A stretch of DNA of 54,108 nt from an uncultured Mycoplasmatota bacterium (GCA_945872435.1 CAMBYP010000003.1:1-54108); one strand, 5' to 3'; counted from the stretch's first letter, positions 18,632 through 29,392 are shown. The notes: a model not told the origin generated them from the sequence alone. Numbers and translations: made by a program.

Positions 18632-19480
18632 ATGGAGTATTCACCACTTAAAATGCAAAAAAATTTAACTTCTCATGATTTTTATTTTAAAAAAAATTAT
18701 GGACAAAACTTTATTATTGATCGAAATGTTATTGATAAAATTGTAGAGTCTAGTCAAATAGATGAAGATACATTAGTAATTGAAGTAGGTCCTGGTGCTG
18801 GATCTTTAACTGTAGGATTATCAAAAAAGGCAAAACAAGTAATATGTTATGAAATTGATAAAACTTTAGAACCAGTGTTATCAGAAAATTTAAAAGATTG
18901 CCAAAATGTAAAAATTATATATCAAGATTTTTTGAAAAGTCAACCAAATGAAATATTAAATAATTATGAATATTCGAAATTATATTTAATTGGTAATTTA
19001 CCATATTATATTACTACACCAATTATTATGAAAGTAATAGAAGATAAATTGAATGTCGATAAAGTAGTAATTATGGTTCAAAAAGAAGTGGGAGACCGAT
19101 TTAAAGCACAACCAGGTAGTAGAGACTATGGTTCCTTAACAGTTTTTTTAAATTATTATTTTCAAATACATAAGTTATTAGATGTTAGTAGAAATGTATT
19201 TTTACCAAAACCTAATGTAGATAGTATTGTAGTAGAATTTGTGAAAAAAGAAAATCAAATAAATATTGTACAACCTGATTTCTTTTTCCAATTTGTGAGA
19301 GATTGTTTTCAACAAAAAAGGAAAAATTTAAGAAATAATTTAAAATCATACGATTTAAAATTACTAGAAGAAATTTTAAAAGAATGTGGTTATTGCTTAC
19401 AAGATCGTGCTGAAAAAATCAGTCTAGAATCTTTTGTGAAAATAGCAAATGAATATGTTAGAAAGAAGGAAATACAATGA
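18632..19480 (+). CDS. rsmA: 16S rRNA dimethyladenosine transferase
   Basis: KKNYGQNF, EVGPGAG, NLPYYITTP, MVQKEV, PKPNVDS. Confidence 0.96.
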   Translation: MEYSPLKMQKNLTSHDFYFKKNYGQNFIIDRNVIDKIVESSQIDEDTLVIEVGPGAGSLTVGLSKKAKQVICYEIDKTLEPVLSENLKDCQNVKIIYQDFLKSQPNEILNNYEYSKLYLIGNLPYYITTPIIMKVIEDKLNVDKVVIMVQKEVGDRFKAQPGSRDYGSLTVFLNYYFQIHKLLDVSRNVFLPKPNVDSIVVEFVKKENQINIVQPDFFFQFVRDCFQQKRKNLRNNLKSYDLKLLEEILKECGYCLQDRAEKISLESFVKIANEYVRKKEIQ

Positions 19481-20433
19481 TTGGAATATTTTATTTGGTA
19501 TTATTTTTAGTATTACTATTTATATCTTTTATGATACTTTTAAAAACTTTGGATATATTTTATTTAAAAACTTTTTTTAAAACAATCATTAGTTTTTTCT
19601 TAATCTTCTTTTCATGTTTGTTTCCATTTGTTAGTATTTATTGCCTTGCTAAATTATTTTCATATAGTGAATTAATTGTGATATTTGAAACTAGTTTTTT
19701 AGGAAATGCGATTATTACTTTTTTTAAATATTATTTTATTCCTTTATATATTATCTTTATTATTATATCAATCATTGTTATGATCTTAATTATTTTAGGA
19801 AGATTTCAAAAGCAAACAATGAAACCCATAAAAGTTTTAGATGGACCTAATGTAGTAAATGACAATATTTTGATAAAAAATAAACAATTAAGTATTCGTT
19901 CTTTAACAAAAGAAGATGTTAATGACTTGTTAAAATGGTTAACAAATGAAAAAGTATTAGAATTTCATGATGGGCGAGATATTTCATACAATGAAAAGTT
20001 GATATATAAACATTATTTTAATGATAAAAATATAAAAAGACTTATTTTATTGAAAAATGAAGAATCCATTGGATATTTACAGTATTATCCAATTACGAAA
20101 GCAGAATGTAATAAGTATGGGTTTGAAAATGATTCATTAGTTTATGGTATTGATTATTTTATTGGTGTTCCTAAATATTTTAATAGAGGTTATCAAGTAA
20201 AATTTCTTAATATGATAAAAGAGGAATTAATGAATAGAAATGTAGATTATTTAGTTGTTGATCCATTGGTAGAAAATGAAAAAGATATAAAAAACTATGA
20301 AAAGTGTGGTTTTAAGAAATACCGATTATTGCCAAATCATCGTTTTCATGAAGGTGAGCGACATGATTGTTATTTAATGATTTATTCAAAGGATGAGTCA
20401 AAATTGAAATTAATGAAGGAATCCGAGAAGTAG
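19477..20433 (+). CDS. membrane-anchored GNAT acetyltransferase, AAC(6')-Ie-like C-terminal domain
   Basis: About 110-aa hydrophobic N-terminus, then KWLTNEKVLEFHDGRD, VYGIDYFIG, VDP, YEKCGF, HEGERHDCYLM. Confidence 0.75.
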   Translation: MIGIFYLVLFLVLLFISFMILLKTLDIFYLKTFFKTIISFFLIFFSCLFPFVSIYCLAKLFSYSELIVIFETSFLGNAIITFFKYYFIPLYIIFIIISIIVMILIILGRFQKQTMKPIKVLDGPNVVNDNILIKNKQLSIRSLTKEDVNDLLKWLTNEKVLEFHDGRDISYNEKLIYKHYFNDKNIKRLILLKNEESIGYLQYYPITKAECNKYGFENDSLVYGIDYFIGVPKYFNRGYQVKFLNMIKEELMNRNVDYLVVDPLVENEKDIKNYEKCGFKKYRLLPNHRFHEGERHDCYLMIYSKDESKLKLMKESEK

Positions 20434-20554
20434 TGAGTAGCTACTTTTTTTGACCAAAAATTTACAATAATGTACAACAAATACAGTATATGTTTTGTTT
20501 TTTTGCACCATTGATAACTTTGTGTTATCATATAGCTGAAAGGAATTTTGATAT

Positions 20555-21205
20555 ATGATTAATAAGAAATGGGATATTGTATTGAAAGAAGAAATGCAAA
20601 AAGATTATTTTCGACAATTAGGTCATTTTGTAAAGTCTGAATATGCAACTAAGAGATGCTTTCCAGAATACAAAAATATTTTTAATGCGTTACGTTTTAC
20701 TGATTATGATGAAGTAAAAGTAGTAATTTTAGGACAAGATCCATATCATGGTGAAAAAGAAGCACATGGTTTATCTTTTTCTGTGCAAAAAGGAGTTAAA
20801 AGACCTCCATCATTGGATAATATTTTTAAAGAATTATATAATGATTTAGGAATTCGAAGAGAAAATAATGATTTAACGGATTGGGCAAAACAAGGTGTTC
20901 TACTTTTAAATTCAATCATGTCTGTTGTGATGGATCATCCTTTATCTCATCAAAACCATGGATGGGAACAATTCACAGATGCAATTATTTCAAAATTAAA
21001 TGAAAGAGAAAAGCCAGTTGTTTTTGTGTTTTGGGGAAGTTACGCAAGAAGTAAAAAAGTATTAATTACTAATACACGTCATAAAATTATAGAGAGTGTT
21101 CATCCATCTCCTTTGTCAGCATATCGTGGCTTTTTTGGAAGTAAACCTTTTTCTAAAATTAATCAATTTTTAATTAAAAATGGCGAATCAGAAATTAAGT
21201 GGTGA
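20555..21205 (+). CDS. ung: uracil-DNA glycosylase family 1
   Basis: VVILGQDPYH, GLSFSV, QGVLLLN, HPSPLS. Confidence 0.96.
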   Translation: MINKKWDIVLKEEMQKDYFRQLGHFVKSEYATKRCFPEYKNIFNALRFTDYDEVKVVILGQDPYHGEKEAHGLSFSVQKGVKRPPSLDNIFKELYNDLGIRRENNDLTDWAKQGVLLLNSIMSVVMDHPLSHQNHGWEQFTDAIISKLNEREKPVVFVFWGSYARSKKVLITNTRHKIIESVHPSPLSAYRGFFGSKPFSKINQFLIKNGESEIKW

Positions 21206-21207
21206 TT

Positions 21208-22551
21208 ATGAACGAAGTATTGAAATTTTTAAAAACATTAGTAAAACATGATGACACTGTTGTAGTAGCGGTATCCGGTGGACCAGATTCTATGGCACTT
21301 TTAAATTTATTAATAAAATTGAGAACGAATGTTCCAATCCATATTGTATGTGCTCATGTTCATCATAATATAAGAAAAGAAAGTGATAAAGAAAAAGAAT
21401 TTGTGGAAACATATTGTAAAAATAATGATGTAAAATTTGAATTTTTAAAAATTGAGAAATATCATAATCAGGAAAACTTTCATCAAGAAGCTAGAGCGAT
21501 TCGATATCATTTTTTTGAACAAATTGTAAATAAATATCATGCACAATATTTAATGACAGCACATCACGGAGATGATTTGATTGAAACAATTTTGATGAGA
21601 TTGGTGCGAGGCTCATCACTTCGCGGTTATTCAGGCTTTCCTAAAATTAGTTTTATGGGAAATTATCATTTAGTGAGACCTCTTATTACTGTTACTAGAA
21701 ATGAAATTAATGAATATCTTGAAATAAATAAAATACCTTATGTATTAGATGCAAGTAATCAAAAAGATCAATATACTAGAAATAGATATCGTAAATATGT
21801 TGTCCCACAATTAAAAAAAGAAAATAATCATGTGAATGAGAAATTTTTAAAATTTAGTGAGATGATACTTCAAAGTTATGAATATATCAATTCGGTAGTA
21901 AAAGAAAAGCAAGGAAGGGTATTTGATGACAATTTCATTAATATAGAACAATGGAAAAAAGAAAATTCATTTTTACAACGACAAATTATTCAATATGTAT
22001 TAACTTTTATTTACAAGGATAATTTAGACATGATTAATGATAGGCATGTGCAAAATATACAAAAATTTCTATTGACTGCTAATTCTAATTCATATTTAAC
22101 ATTGCCTTGTTCTATCGTTTTGACAAAAGAATATGATCGTGCATTATTTGAAAAGAAGAAAAATTATAATTCATATCATTATATATTAGAAGATTGTATT
22201 TTATTACCAAATGGATATTCGGTAGAAAAAGTTACAGAAGAAGAAAGTGATAATAATTTTGTTTGCCGATTAGACATAAGCCAAATTCAATTACCAATTA
22301 TTATAAGAACAAAAAGAAATGGTGATAGAATGAATATTAAGGGATTGAATGGTGCTAAAAAAATTAGTGATATATTTACTGATGAAAAAATTCCAAAAAA
22401 TCAGCGTGAAATCTGGCCAATTGTAACTGATTCATCTGGAAAAGTACTTTGGTTACCAGGATTGAAAAAATCACAATTTGATAGAACAAAAAATGGAAAG
22501 TATGATATAATACTTAAGTATTCTTTAAAAAAGGAGGTTTTTCATGAATAA
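21208..22551 (+). CDS. tilS: tRNA(Ile)-lysidine synthetase
   Basis: AVSGGPDS, AHHGDD, RPL, YTRNRYR, TilS C-terminus. Confidence 0.95.
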   Translation: MNEVLKFLKTLVKHDDTVVVAVSGGPDSMALLNLLIKLRTNVPIHIVCAHVHHNIRKESDKEKEFVETYCKNNDVKFEFLKIEKYHNQENFHQEARAIRYHFFEQIVNKYHAQYLMTAHHGDDLIETILMRLVRGSSLRGYSGFPKISFMGNYHLVRPLITVTRNEINEYLEINKIPYVLDASNQKDQYTRNRYRKYVVPQLKKENNHVNEKFLKFSEMILQSYEYINSVVKEKQGRVFDDNFINIEQWKKENSFLQRQIIQYVLTFIYKDNLDMINDRHVQNIQKFLLTANSNSYLTLPCSIVLTKEYDRALFEKKKNYNSYHYILEDCILLPNGYSVEKVTEEESDNNFVCRLDISQIQLPIIIRTKRNGDRMNIKGLNGAKKISDIFTDEKIPKNQREIWPIVTDSSGKVLWLPGLKKSQFDRTKNGKYDIILKYSLKKEVFHE

Positions 22552-24586
22552 AAAAGCAATTAAAAAGGGAATATTTCCGTATGTAATATTATTGTTTATT
22601 ATGTTTTCAATCTTATACTTTTTTAATGTGATGAATCAAAAAGTAAATGTTTTAACATATGATAAATTTATGAATCAAGCAAATAAAGGAAAGGTTGAAG
22701 AGGTTGTAATTACTCCTCGTAGTAGAGCAAGTGTTTATGAAATTTCAGGAACTATGAAAGGATATAAAGATAATGAATCTTTCTTTTTAAGAGTTCCATT
22801 AGACAGTGATGTTATGTCAGAAATTTTAGAAATGCAAAAAAAGGAAAGATTTCAATTAGATACGTCATCTGATCCGGAATCTAGTGCATTTTTGTTATTT
22901 TTAGTAAATGTATTACCTATGGTAATTTTAGTCGGAGGAGCTTTTTTCTTGATTACAAGACAAATGGGTAGTGCTAATAAGTCTATGGATTTTGGACGTA
23001 GTCGTGCTCGTTTAAATGAAGACAATAAAAAAGTTACATTTGAAAATGTTGCTGGATTGGATGAGGAAAAAGAAGAAGTTTCAGAATTGATTGACTTTTT
23101 AAAAAGTCCAAAGAAATTCCAACGTCTAGGGGCACGTATTCCTAAGGGTGTTTTATTAGTAGGTCCTCCTGGAACAGGAAAGACTTTATTAGCTAGAGCT
23201 GTTGCAGGTGAAGCCAATGTTCCATTTTATTATATAAGTGGTTCAGAATTTGTGGAATTATTTGTTGGTGTAGGTGCAAGTCGTGTACGTGATATGTTTA
23301 AACAAGCAAAACATAATGCACCATGTCTAATATTTATTGATGAAATTGATGCAGTTGGACGTCAAAGAGGAGCTGGTTTAGGTGGCGGTCACGATGAACG
23401 TGAGCAAACATTAAATCAATTATTAACAGAAATGGATGGATTTGGTTCAAATGAAGGTATCATTATCATCGCTGCTACAAACCGTCCTGATGTATTGGAT
23501 CCAGCATTATTACGTCCTGGTCGTTTTGACCGTCAAGTAACAGTTAATTTACCAGATGTAAAAGGTAGAGAAGAAATTTTAAAAGTTCACGCTAAGGGAA
23601 AAACATTTTCTAGCAAGGTGTCATTAAGTAATATTGCAAAAAGAACAGTAGGCTTTAGTGGAGCAGACTTGGAAAACTTATTAAATGAAGCTGCATTATT
23701 AGCTGTTCGTCGTAATAAAAATCAAATTACAATGGCAGAAATTGATGAAGCACATGATAGAGTTATGATGGGTCCTGCTAAAAAAAGTCATAAATATACA
23801 GAAAAAGAAAAGCGTACGGTTGCATACCATGAAGCCGGACATGCGGTTTTAGGTATTAAATTAGACAATGCCAATGAAGTACAAAAAATCACTATCGTTC
23901 CAAGAGGAAATGCTGGTGGTTATAATTTAATGTTACCAAAAGAAGAAACTTATTTATCAACAAAACAAGAGCTTTTGGAACGTATTATGGGACTTTTAGG
24001 TGGTCGTGTTGCTGAAGAAATTGTCTTTAATGAAATGACAACAGGAGCACATAACGATTTTGAGAAAGCTACTAAAATTGCTAGAGCTATGGTTACTGAA
24101 TATGGAATGAGTGATTTAGGCCCTGTACAATTTGAACATCAAGAAAGTAGTGTTTTCTTAGGTAGAGATTATAATAAGAGTCGTAATTTTTCTGGTCAAG
24201 TAGCATTTGAAATAGATCAAGAACAAAGAAAAATTATCAATGAATGTTATGAAAAAGCAAAAAAAGTAATTAAAGAAAATCGTGATTTATTAGATTTGAT
24301 TGCAAATGCTTTATTAGAAAATGAAACACTTACTAAGGAACAAATTGATTATTTGGTAGAACATGGCTGTATGCCAGAAGAAGATGTTGCTGAGGTAGAA
24401 GATGATAAACAAAGTGAAACAGTAGAAAACTCTAGTGCATCTGATTTTGAAGAATTATCTTATAATGATTTGAGTGAAGAACTTCTGTATGAATTATGTT
24501 TAGAAAGAAATATAGAGGTTAACAAAGATATGGATAAAGATACTTTAATCAAATTATTACAAGACGATGACAAAGAAGATGAATAA
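22544..24586 (+). CDS. ftsH: ATP-dependent zinc metalloprotease FtsH with extended acidic C-terminal tail
   Basis: Two TMs, [26 protein letters not shown]. Confidence 0.97.
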   Translation: MNKKAIKKGIFPYVILLFIMFSILYFFNVMNQKVNVLTYDKFMNQANKGKVEEVVITPRSRASVYEISGTMKGYKDNESFFLRVPLDSDVMSEILEMQKKERFQLDTSSDPESSAFLLFLVNVLPMVILVGGAFFLITRQMGSANKSMDFGRSRARLNEDNKKVTFENVAGLDEEKEEVSELIDFLKSPKKFQRLGARIPKGVLLVGPPGTGKTLLARAVAGEANVPFYYISGSEFVELFVGVGASRVRDMFKQAKHNAPCLIFIDEIDAVGRQRGAGLGGGHDEREQTLNQLLTEMDGFGSNEGIIIIAATNRPDVLDPALLRPGRFDRQVTVNLPDVKGREEILKVHAKGKTFSSKVSLSNIAKRTVGFSGADLENLLNEAALLAVRRNKNQITMAEIDEAHDRVMMGPAKKSHKYTEKEKRTVAYHEAGHAVLGIKLDNANEVQKITIVPRGNAGGYNLMLPKEETYLSTKQELLERIMGLLGGRVAEEIVFNEMTTGAHNDFEKATKIARAMVTEYGMSDLGPVQFEHQESSVFLGRDYNKSRNFSGQVAFEIDQEQRKIINECYEKAKKVIKENRDLLDLIANALLENETLTKEQIDYLVEHGCMPEEDVAEVEDDKQSETVENSSASDFEELSYNDLSEELLYELCLERNIEVNKDMDKDTLIKLLQDDDKEDE

Positions 24587-24598
24587 TCTTCTTTTTTT
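24572..24598 (+). terminator. intrinsic terminator after ftsH
   Basis: AAAGAAGAT-GAATA-ATCTTCTTTTTT. Confidence 0.65.
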
Positions 24599-24665
24599 AT
24601 AAATTTATTGACTATTTTTAGAGAAAAGAGATATAATTGACATATAATAGGAAGAAGGTATTGGT

Positions 24666-25082
24666 ATGAAAAGTAATTTAGCAAAAGCTTCAAAGTTATT
24701 GGTATGTTTTTTAGCAATTATTTTTGTGGTAACGGGATGTGGTTGTGATAAAAAAGAAGAAAAGAAAGAAGCACCAAAAGTAGAATCAAAAGTAACTACA
24801 TTAGAAGATCAGACAATCGAAGGATTAAAAATCACAGGTTTTAGTATTACTTATTCTGAAGGAATTAGTAAAATAGTTGCAAATGTGGAAAATACAACAG
24901 ATCAAGAAATTAAACTTACTAATATTGGAATTAATTTATATGATAAAGATAACAAATTAATTATTCAAACAGCAGGATATATCGGAGATAGTATTGCACC
25001 TGGAGATAATAAACAAATTGTTTCAGATGTAACAGAAGATTTAAGATCAGCAAAAAAAGTAGAATATAAAATTGCAAGATAA
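24666..25082 (+). CDS. FxLYD-like lipoprotein
   Basis: Signal peptide with lipobox VTGC; beta-rich domain with VENTT and INLYDKD. Confidence 0.7.
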   Translation: MKSNLAKASKLLVCFLAIIFVVTGCGCDKKEEKKEAPKVESKVTTLEDQTIEGLKITGFSITYSEGISKIVANVENTTDQEIKLTNIGINLYDKDNKLIIQTAGYIGDSIAPGDNKQIVSDVTEDLRSAKKVEYKIAR

Positions 25083-25169
25083 GTTCTTGCTTTTTTTATT
25101 TGAGACATAGACATTAGTATGAAATTTTGATACAATATAATTTAGATATAATTAGAAAATGGTGGTAAT

Positions 25170-25955
25170 ATGGGAAAGATTATTTCACTTGTTAATCAAA
25201 AGGGTGGAGTAGGAAAAACAACTTCAAGTATCAATTTAGCATCTTCTTTAGGTGTTTTAAAAAAGCGAACATTGTTAATTGATTTAGATCCACAGGGAAA
25301 TACAACTACAGGGGTTGGAATTAATAAAGCTGATATTAACAAAAGTATATATGATTTATTAATTGATGAAGCAACATTAGATGAAGTTATGGTAAAAACA
25401 AAATATAAAAATTTATATGTAATACCAGCAACAATTAATTTAGCAGGAGTGGATATTGAATTAATTGATAAGAGTAAGTTAGACCCAACATTTGTAAAAG
25501 GTGCACAGTTAAAAAAATATTTAGATGAAATTAAAGATGTTTTTGATTTTATTATTATTGACTGTCCACCATCATTAGGTATTTTAACTACAAATGCATT
25601 GACTGCATCTGATAGTGTTATTATTCCAGTACAATGTGAGTTTTATGCTTTAGAGGGTATTATGCAATTATTAAATACGATACGTTTAGCTCAGAAAAAT
25701 TTGAATCCAAAATTAACAATAGAAGGAGTTTTACTTACTATGTTAGACTCAAGAACAAATTTAGGATTAGAAGTTGTGGAAGACATCAGAAGTTATTTCA
25801 AAGAAAGTGTATATGACACAATTATTCCAAGATTAGTAAGATTATCAGAGGCACCGAGCCATGGAGAACCTATTTTAGTGTATGATCCACAAAGTAGGGG
25901 AACAGAAGCGTATTTAAATTTAGCAAAGGAAGTGATTGAAAGAAATGGAAACTAA
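25170..25955 (+). CDS. soj: chromosome partitioning ATPase Soj/ParA
   Basis: NQKGGVGKTT, DLDPQGN, IDCPPSLG, PVQCEFYALEG, LSEAPSHG. Confidence 0.96.
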   Translation: MGKIISLVNQKGGVGKTTSSINLASSLGVLKKRTLLIDLDPQGNTTTGVGINKADINKSIYDLLIDEATLDEVMVKTKYKNLYVIPATINLAGVDIELIDKSKLDPTFVKGAQLKKYLDEIKDVFDFIIIDCPPSLGILTTNALTASDSVIIPVQCEFYALEGIMQLLNTIRLAQKNLNPKLTIEGVLLTMLDSRTNLGLEVVEDIRSYFKESVYDTIIPRLVRLSEAPSHGEPILVYDPQSRGTEAYLNLAKEVIERNGN

Positions 25956-26829
25956 AAAGAGAGCTTTGGGTAAAGGACTAGAACAATTGTTCAATGCTGA
26001 AGCAATAGATGTAAATGAGTTAGAAAAACAGATTTATGAAACAACACCAAAAGAAGAAATTGTGGAACTGGATATTAATCAATTAAGACCTAATCCATAT
26101 CAACCACGTACAGTATTTAATGAAGAACATTTAGAAGAATTGGCTTCTTCAATTAAAGAACATGGCGTTTTTCAACCAATTATTGTTAAAAAAAGTATCA
26201 AAGGATATGATATTATTGCTGGTGAACGTCGTTATCGTGCTAGTAAAATGGCTGGTTTAGATAAAATTCCAGCTATAATTCGAACATTTACAGATAATCA
26301 AATGATGGAAATTGCACTTTTAGAAAATTTACAACGTGAAAATTTAAGCCCAATTGAAGAAGCAAAGGCATATCAAAATATGATAGATCATCTACATTTA
26401 ACTCAAGATGAATTATCTAAGAAAGTAGGAAAAAGTAGAAGTCATTTAACAAATATGCTTGGCTTATTACGTTTACCAAATGAAGTTCAAGACTTAGTGA
26501 ATGATGAAAAATTAACAATGGGACATGCTAGAGCATTAAGCAAATTGGAAGATGAATCACAAATTGTTAAAATGGCTCATGAAATTACAGAAAATAAATT
26601 ACCTGTACGTGCTGTAGAAGAAAAGATTCAAGATAATTCTTTTGAAAAGAAAGTAAAAATTCATCGTAAAGAGACTCCAATAAAATCAGAATATAAATAT
26701 GCTGAAGATTTATTACGTGATAAGTTAGATACAAAAGTTCGTATTCGTGATAAAAAAATTGAAATTCATTTTACTAATGTAGCAGATTTAAATAGGATAT
26801 TAGAAATTATTCAAGTTAAGGAGTCATAA
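25945..26829 (+). CDS. spo0J: ParB/Spo0J partition protein
   Basis: ALGKGL, PNPYQPR, AGERRYRA, ENLQRE; HTH GKSRSH and MGHAR (parS-type residues, not Noc-type GQST/ERHAR). Confidence 0.94.
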   Translation: METKKRALGKGLEQLFNAEAIDVNELEKQIYETTPKEEIVELDINQLRPNPYQPRTVFNEEHLEELASSIKEHGVFQPIIVKKSIKGYDIIAGERRYRASKMAGLDKIPAIIRTFTDNQMMEIALLENLQRENLSPIEEAKAYQNMIDHLHLTQDELSKKVGKSRSHLTNMLGLLRLPNEVQDLVNDEKLTMGHARALSKLEDESQIVKMAHEITENKLPVRAVEEKIQDNSFEKKVKIHRKETPIKSEYKYAEDLLRDKLDTKVRIRDKKIEIHFTNVADLNRILEIIQVKES

Positions 26830-26832
26830 TTG

Positions 26833-27672
26833 ATGGGAAATATATTAAATATTATAAACGCAATTTCTGAAAAAGTTATGGTTAAAGAAGTTGTTGGACC
26901 GATTTTAGTTATTTGTATTTCAATTTTAATTAATGGAGTTATTAAGAATGTTGTTCATCGCTTTTTTCATATTACAAAAAAGAGATTAACTACAAAAGAA
27001 GAAAAAAGAACAATCACTGTTGTTTCTTTGATTACCAATATTATTAAATATATTATTATTTTAATTGATGTGATTATCATTTTAGGAATTTATGGTATCC
27101 CTACAACATCTATTATCGCATCATTAGGAGCAGTTGGAGTTGTATTAGGACTTGCTTTACAAGATACGTTAAAAGATTTTGTTTCAGGATTTTTTATGAT
27201 TACGGAAAATCAATATCGTATGGGAGATTGGGTAGATATTGGAAATTTTCAAGGTGAAGTTATCAATATTGGTTTAAAAACAACGCAAATTCGTGCCTAT
27301 ACAGGCGAAGTAAAAATTATTTCAAATCGTACAATTACAGAAGTAATTAATTATAATTTAGCTAATTCATTAGCAATTGTTGATGTTCCAATTCCATATG
27401 AAGAAGATTATGAAAAAGCAGAAGATGTATTAAAAAAGTTGTGTGATCATTTAACAAATACACTAGAAAAAATCAAAGGTAATGTCACTCTTCTTGGAAT
27501 TAATGAATACGGAAATCAAGGATTGATATATCGTATTACTGTAGATACAATTCCTACAGAACATTATGGAGTACAAAGAGAAATTAGAAAACAAGTAAAA
27601 AAAGTTTTGGATGAAAATAATATCAAAATGGGTTATCCACAGGTGGTGGTACACAATGGAAAAAGAATATAA
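26833..27672 (+). CDS. small-conductance mechanosensitive channel (MscS family)
   Basis: Three TMs, LGLALQDTLKDFVSG, GDWV, GEVINIGLKTT. Confidence 0.9.
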   Translation: MGNILNIINAISEKVMVKEVVGPILVICISILINGVIKNVVHRFFHITKKRLTTKEEKRTITVVSLITNIIKYIIILIDVIIILGIYGIPTTSIIASLGAVGVVLGLALQDTLKDFVSGFFMITENQYRMGDWVDIGNFQGEVINIGLKTTQIRAYTGEVKIISNRTITEVINYNLANSLAIVDVPIPYEEDYEKAEDVLKKLCDHLTNTLEKIKGNVTLLGINEYGNQGLIYRITVDTIPTEHYGVQREIRKQVKKVLDENNIKMGYPQVVVHNGKRI

Positions 27673-27841
27673 ACTAGGTAGTATTGTGATGATGAAAAAA
27701 GAACATCCTTGTGGAACAAATGAGTGGCAAATTATTCGTATTGGAGCAGATATCAAAATTAAATGCTGTAAATGCGGGAGAACTATTATGATGCCACGAT
27801 TTGAATTTAATCAAAAATTAAAAAAAGTATTAGAATTGTAG
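27656..27841 (+). CDS. DUF951 family protein (YyzM-like)
   Basis: MKKEHPCG...WQIIRIGADIKIKCCKCGR. Confidence 0.88.
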   Translation: MEKEYKLGSIVMMKKEHPCGTNEWQIIRIGADIKIKCCKCGRTIMMPRFEFNQKLKKVLEL

Positions 27842-27853
27842 AAAGGAGACGTT

Positions 27854-29380
27854 ATGAAATTAAATAAAAAAAATAAACAAAAAAGATTAAATCCAATCTT
27901 TACTATTGTAATATTAACTTTAATTGTGATGTTAATGAGTCTCCTTTTTTCTTTATTAGGTATTGAAGGACATAAGACTGCTATTGTGAATAATAGTATA
28001 GAATCTTCTATTACTACAGTTAAAAATATATTTTCAACGGATGGTTTTCATTTTTTATTTGGAAATATGATTCATTCATTTTCTAAATTTGAACCATTGG
28101 CATATCTTGTTTTATCTTTAATTGGAATTAGTATTGGTTCTGCTAGTGGATTATTTCAAAAAATGTTTTCTCCTTTAAAGAAAATAAGAATTGGTGTTCT
28201 TACATTTTCTTTATTATTAATTTCTATTATATTTAATATGATTGGAGAATACAGTTTTATGTTATTAATTCCTTTGGCAGGGGTGATTTATCAATATGCT
28301 GGTAAAAATCCAATGTTAGGGATTATGACTGCTTTTCTTGGAACAAGTATAGGGTATGGAACAAATATTATTTTTACATATGATGATTATTCACTTGGCA
28401 TGTTAACACAAATGGCAGCAAATGTTTCTGTAGATGAGGATTATACTTTTAATTTGTTATCGACAAGTATTATATCCCCTATATCTACACTTATTTTGTC
28501 GTTTATAGGAACTATTATTATTACAAAATTTTTGACACCTAAATTACCTAAAAAATGTCATATTGATGATAGTGTAGAATATCATGATTCTAAAATAGCA
28601 GCGCGTATGAGTGGGATTTTATTTTTGATTTTGTTGGTTGTTGTTGCATATATGATTATTCCAGGGTTACCTGGTTCTGGAGTTTTGTTAGATACTCATG
28701 AAACTGAGTATATTGCTCAGCTATTTAGTGCTAATGCACCATTTCGTACAGGAAGCATTTTATTGATTACTATTATGTTAATATTTTGTTCTTTTGTATA
28801 TGGCTTGCTTTCTGGAAATTTAAAATCTACAGAAGATTGTGGCTTAGGTTTATCAAAAGAATTTAAGAACGTAGGATATTTATTTGTATTATTATTTTTT
28901 GTTTCTAATATGTTATCAATTTTGGAATGGACTAACTTGGGTAGTGGAATTACGACAAGATTAGTGGATTTCATTAGTACTCTTCAAATTTCGGGAATTC
29001 CATTGATTATTTCTGTATTTATCATTATTATAATAGCCAGCATTTTGATACCTGGAAATATAGAAAAGTGGACTTTATTATCCCCTGTTGTAGTTCCATT
29101 ATTTATGAGAGCAAATATTACACCAGATTTCACACAGTTTATTTTTAAAGCAGCAGATGGTATAGGAAAAAGTATTTCATTATTTTTTGTATATTTTATT
29201 ATTATGGTAGGGTTTTTACAAAAATATAATGCAGAAAGAAAAGAAGAAATTACTTTATTTGGAACTTTAAAAATATTAGCTCCATCTATTTTATTATTTA
29301 CAATTGTATGGATTATGATTATAATAGGATGGTATTTAGTTGGTTTACCACTTGGGGTAAATACGATGCCAACGTTATAG
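27854..29380 (+). CDS. AbgT family transporter (divergent)
   Basis: Polytopic protein; VKNIFSxDG, FxPL, GKNPMLG, KWTLLSPVVVPLFM, WYLVGLPLG. Confidence 0.78.
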   Translation: MKLNKKNKQKRLNPIFTIVILTLIVMLMSLLFSLLGIEGHKTAIVNNSIESSITTVKNIFSTDGFHFLFGNMIHSFSKFEPLAYLVLSLIGISIGSASGLFQKMFSPLKKIRIGVLTFSLLLISIIFNMIGEYSFMLLIPLAGVIYQYAGKNPMLGIMTAFLGTSIGYGTNIIFTYDDYSLGMLTQMAANVSVDEDYTFNLLSTSIISPISTLILSFIGTIIITKFLTPKLPKKCHIDDSVEYHDSKIAARMSGILFLILLVVVAYMIIPGLPGSGVLLDTHETEYIAQLFSANAPFRTGSILLITIMLIFCSFVYGLLSGNLKSTEDCGLGLSKEFKNVGYLFVLLFFVSNMLSILEWTNLGSGITTRLVDFISTLQISGIPLIISVFIIIIIASILIPGNIEKWTLLSPVVVPLFMRANITPDFTQFIFKAADGIGKSISLFFVYFIIMVGFLQKYNAERKEEITLFGTLKILAPSILLFTIVWIMIIIGWYLVGLPLGVNTMPTL

Positions 29381-29392
29381 GGAGGAATAGGT

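Noticed and set aside
25945-26829. The ParB-family gene as noc
   Set aside because: It follows soj, has the ALGKGL ParA-interacting N-terminus and has parS-specificity residues
27633-27641. Perfect DnaA box TTATCCACA
   Set aside because: Single copy inside the mscS coding sequence; no cluster or dnaA, so not oriC
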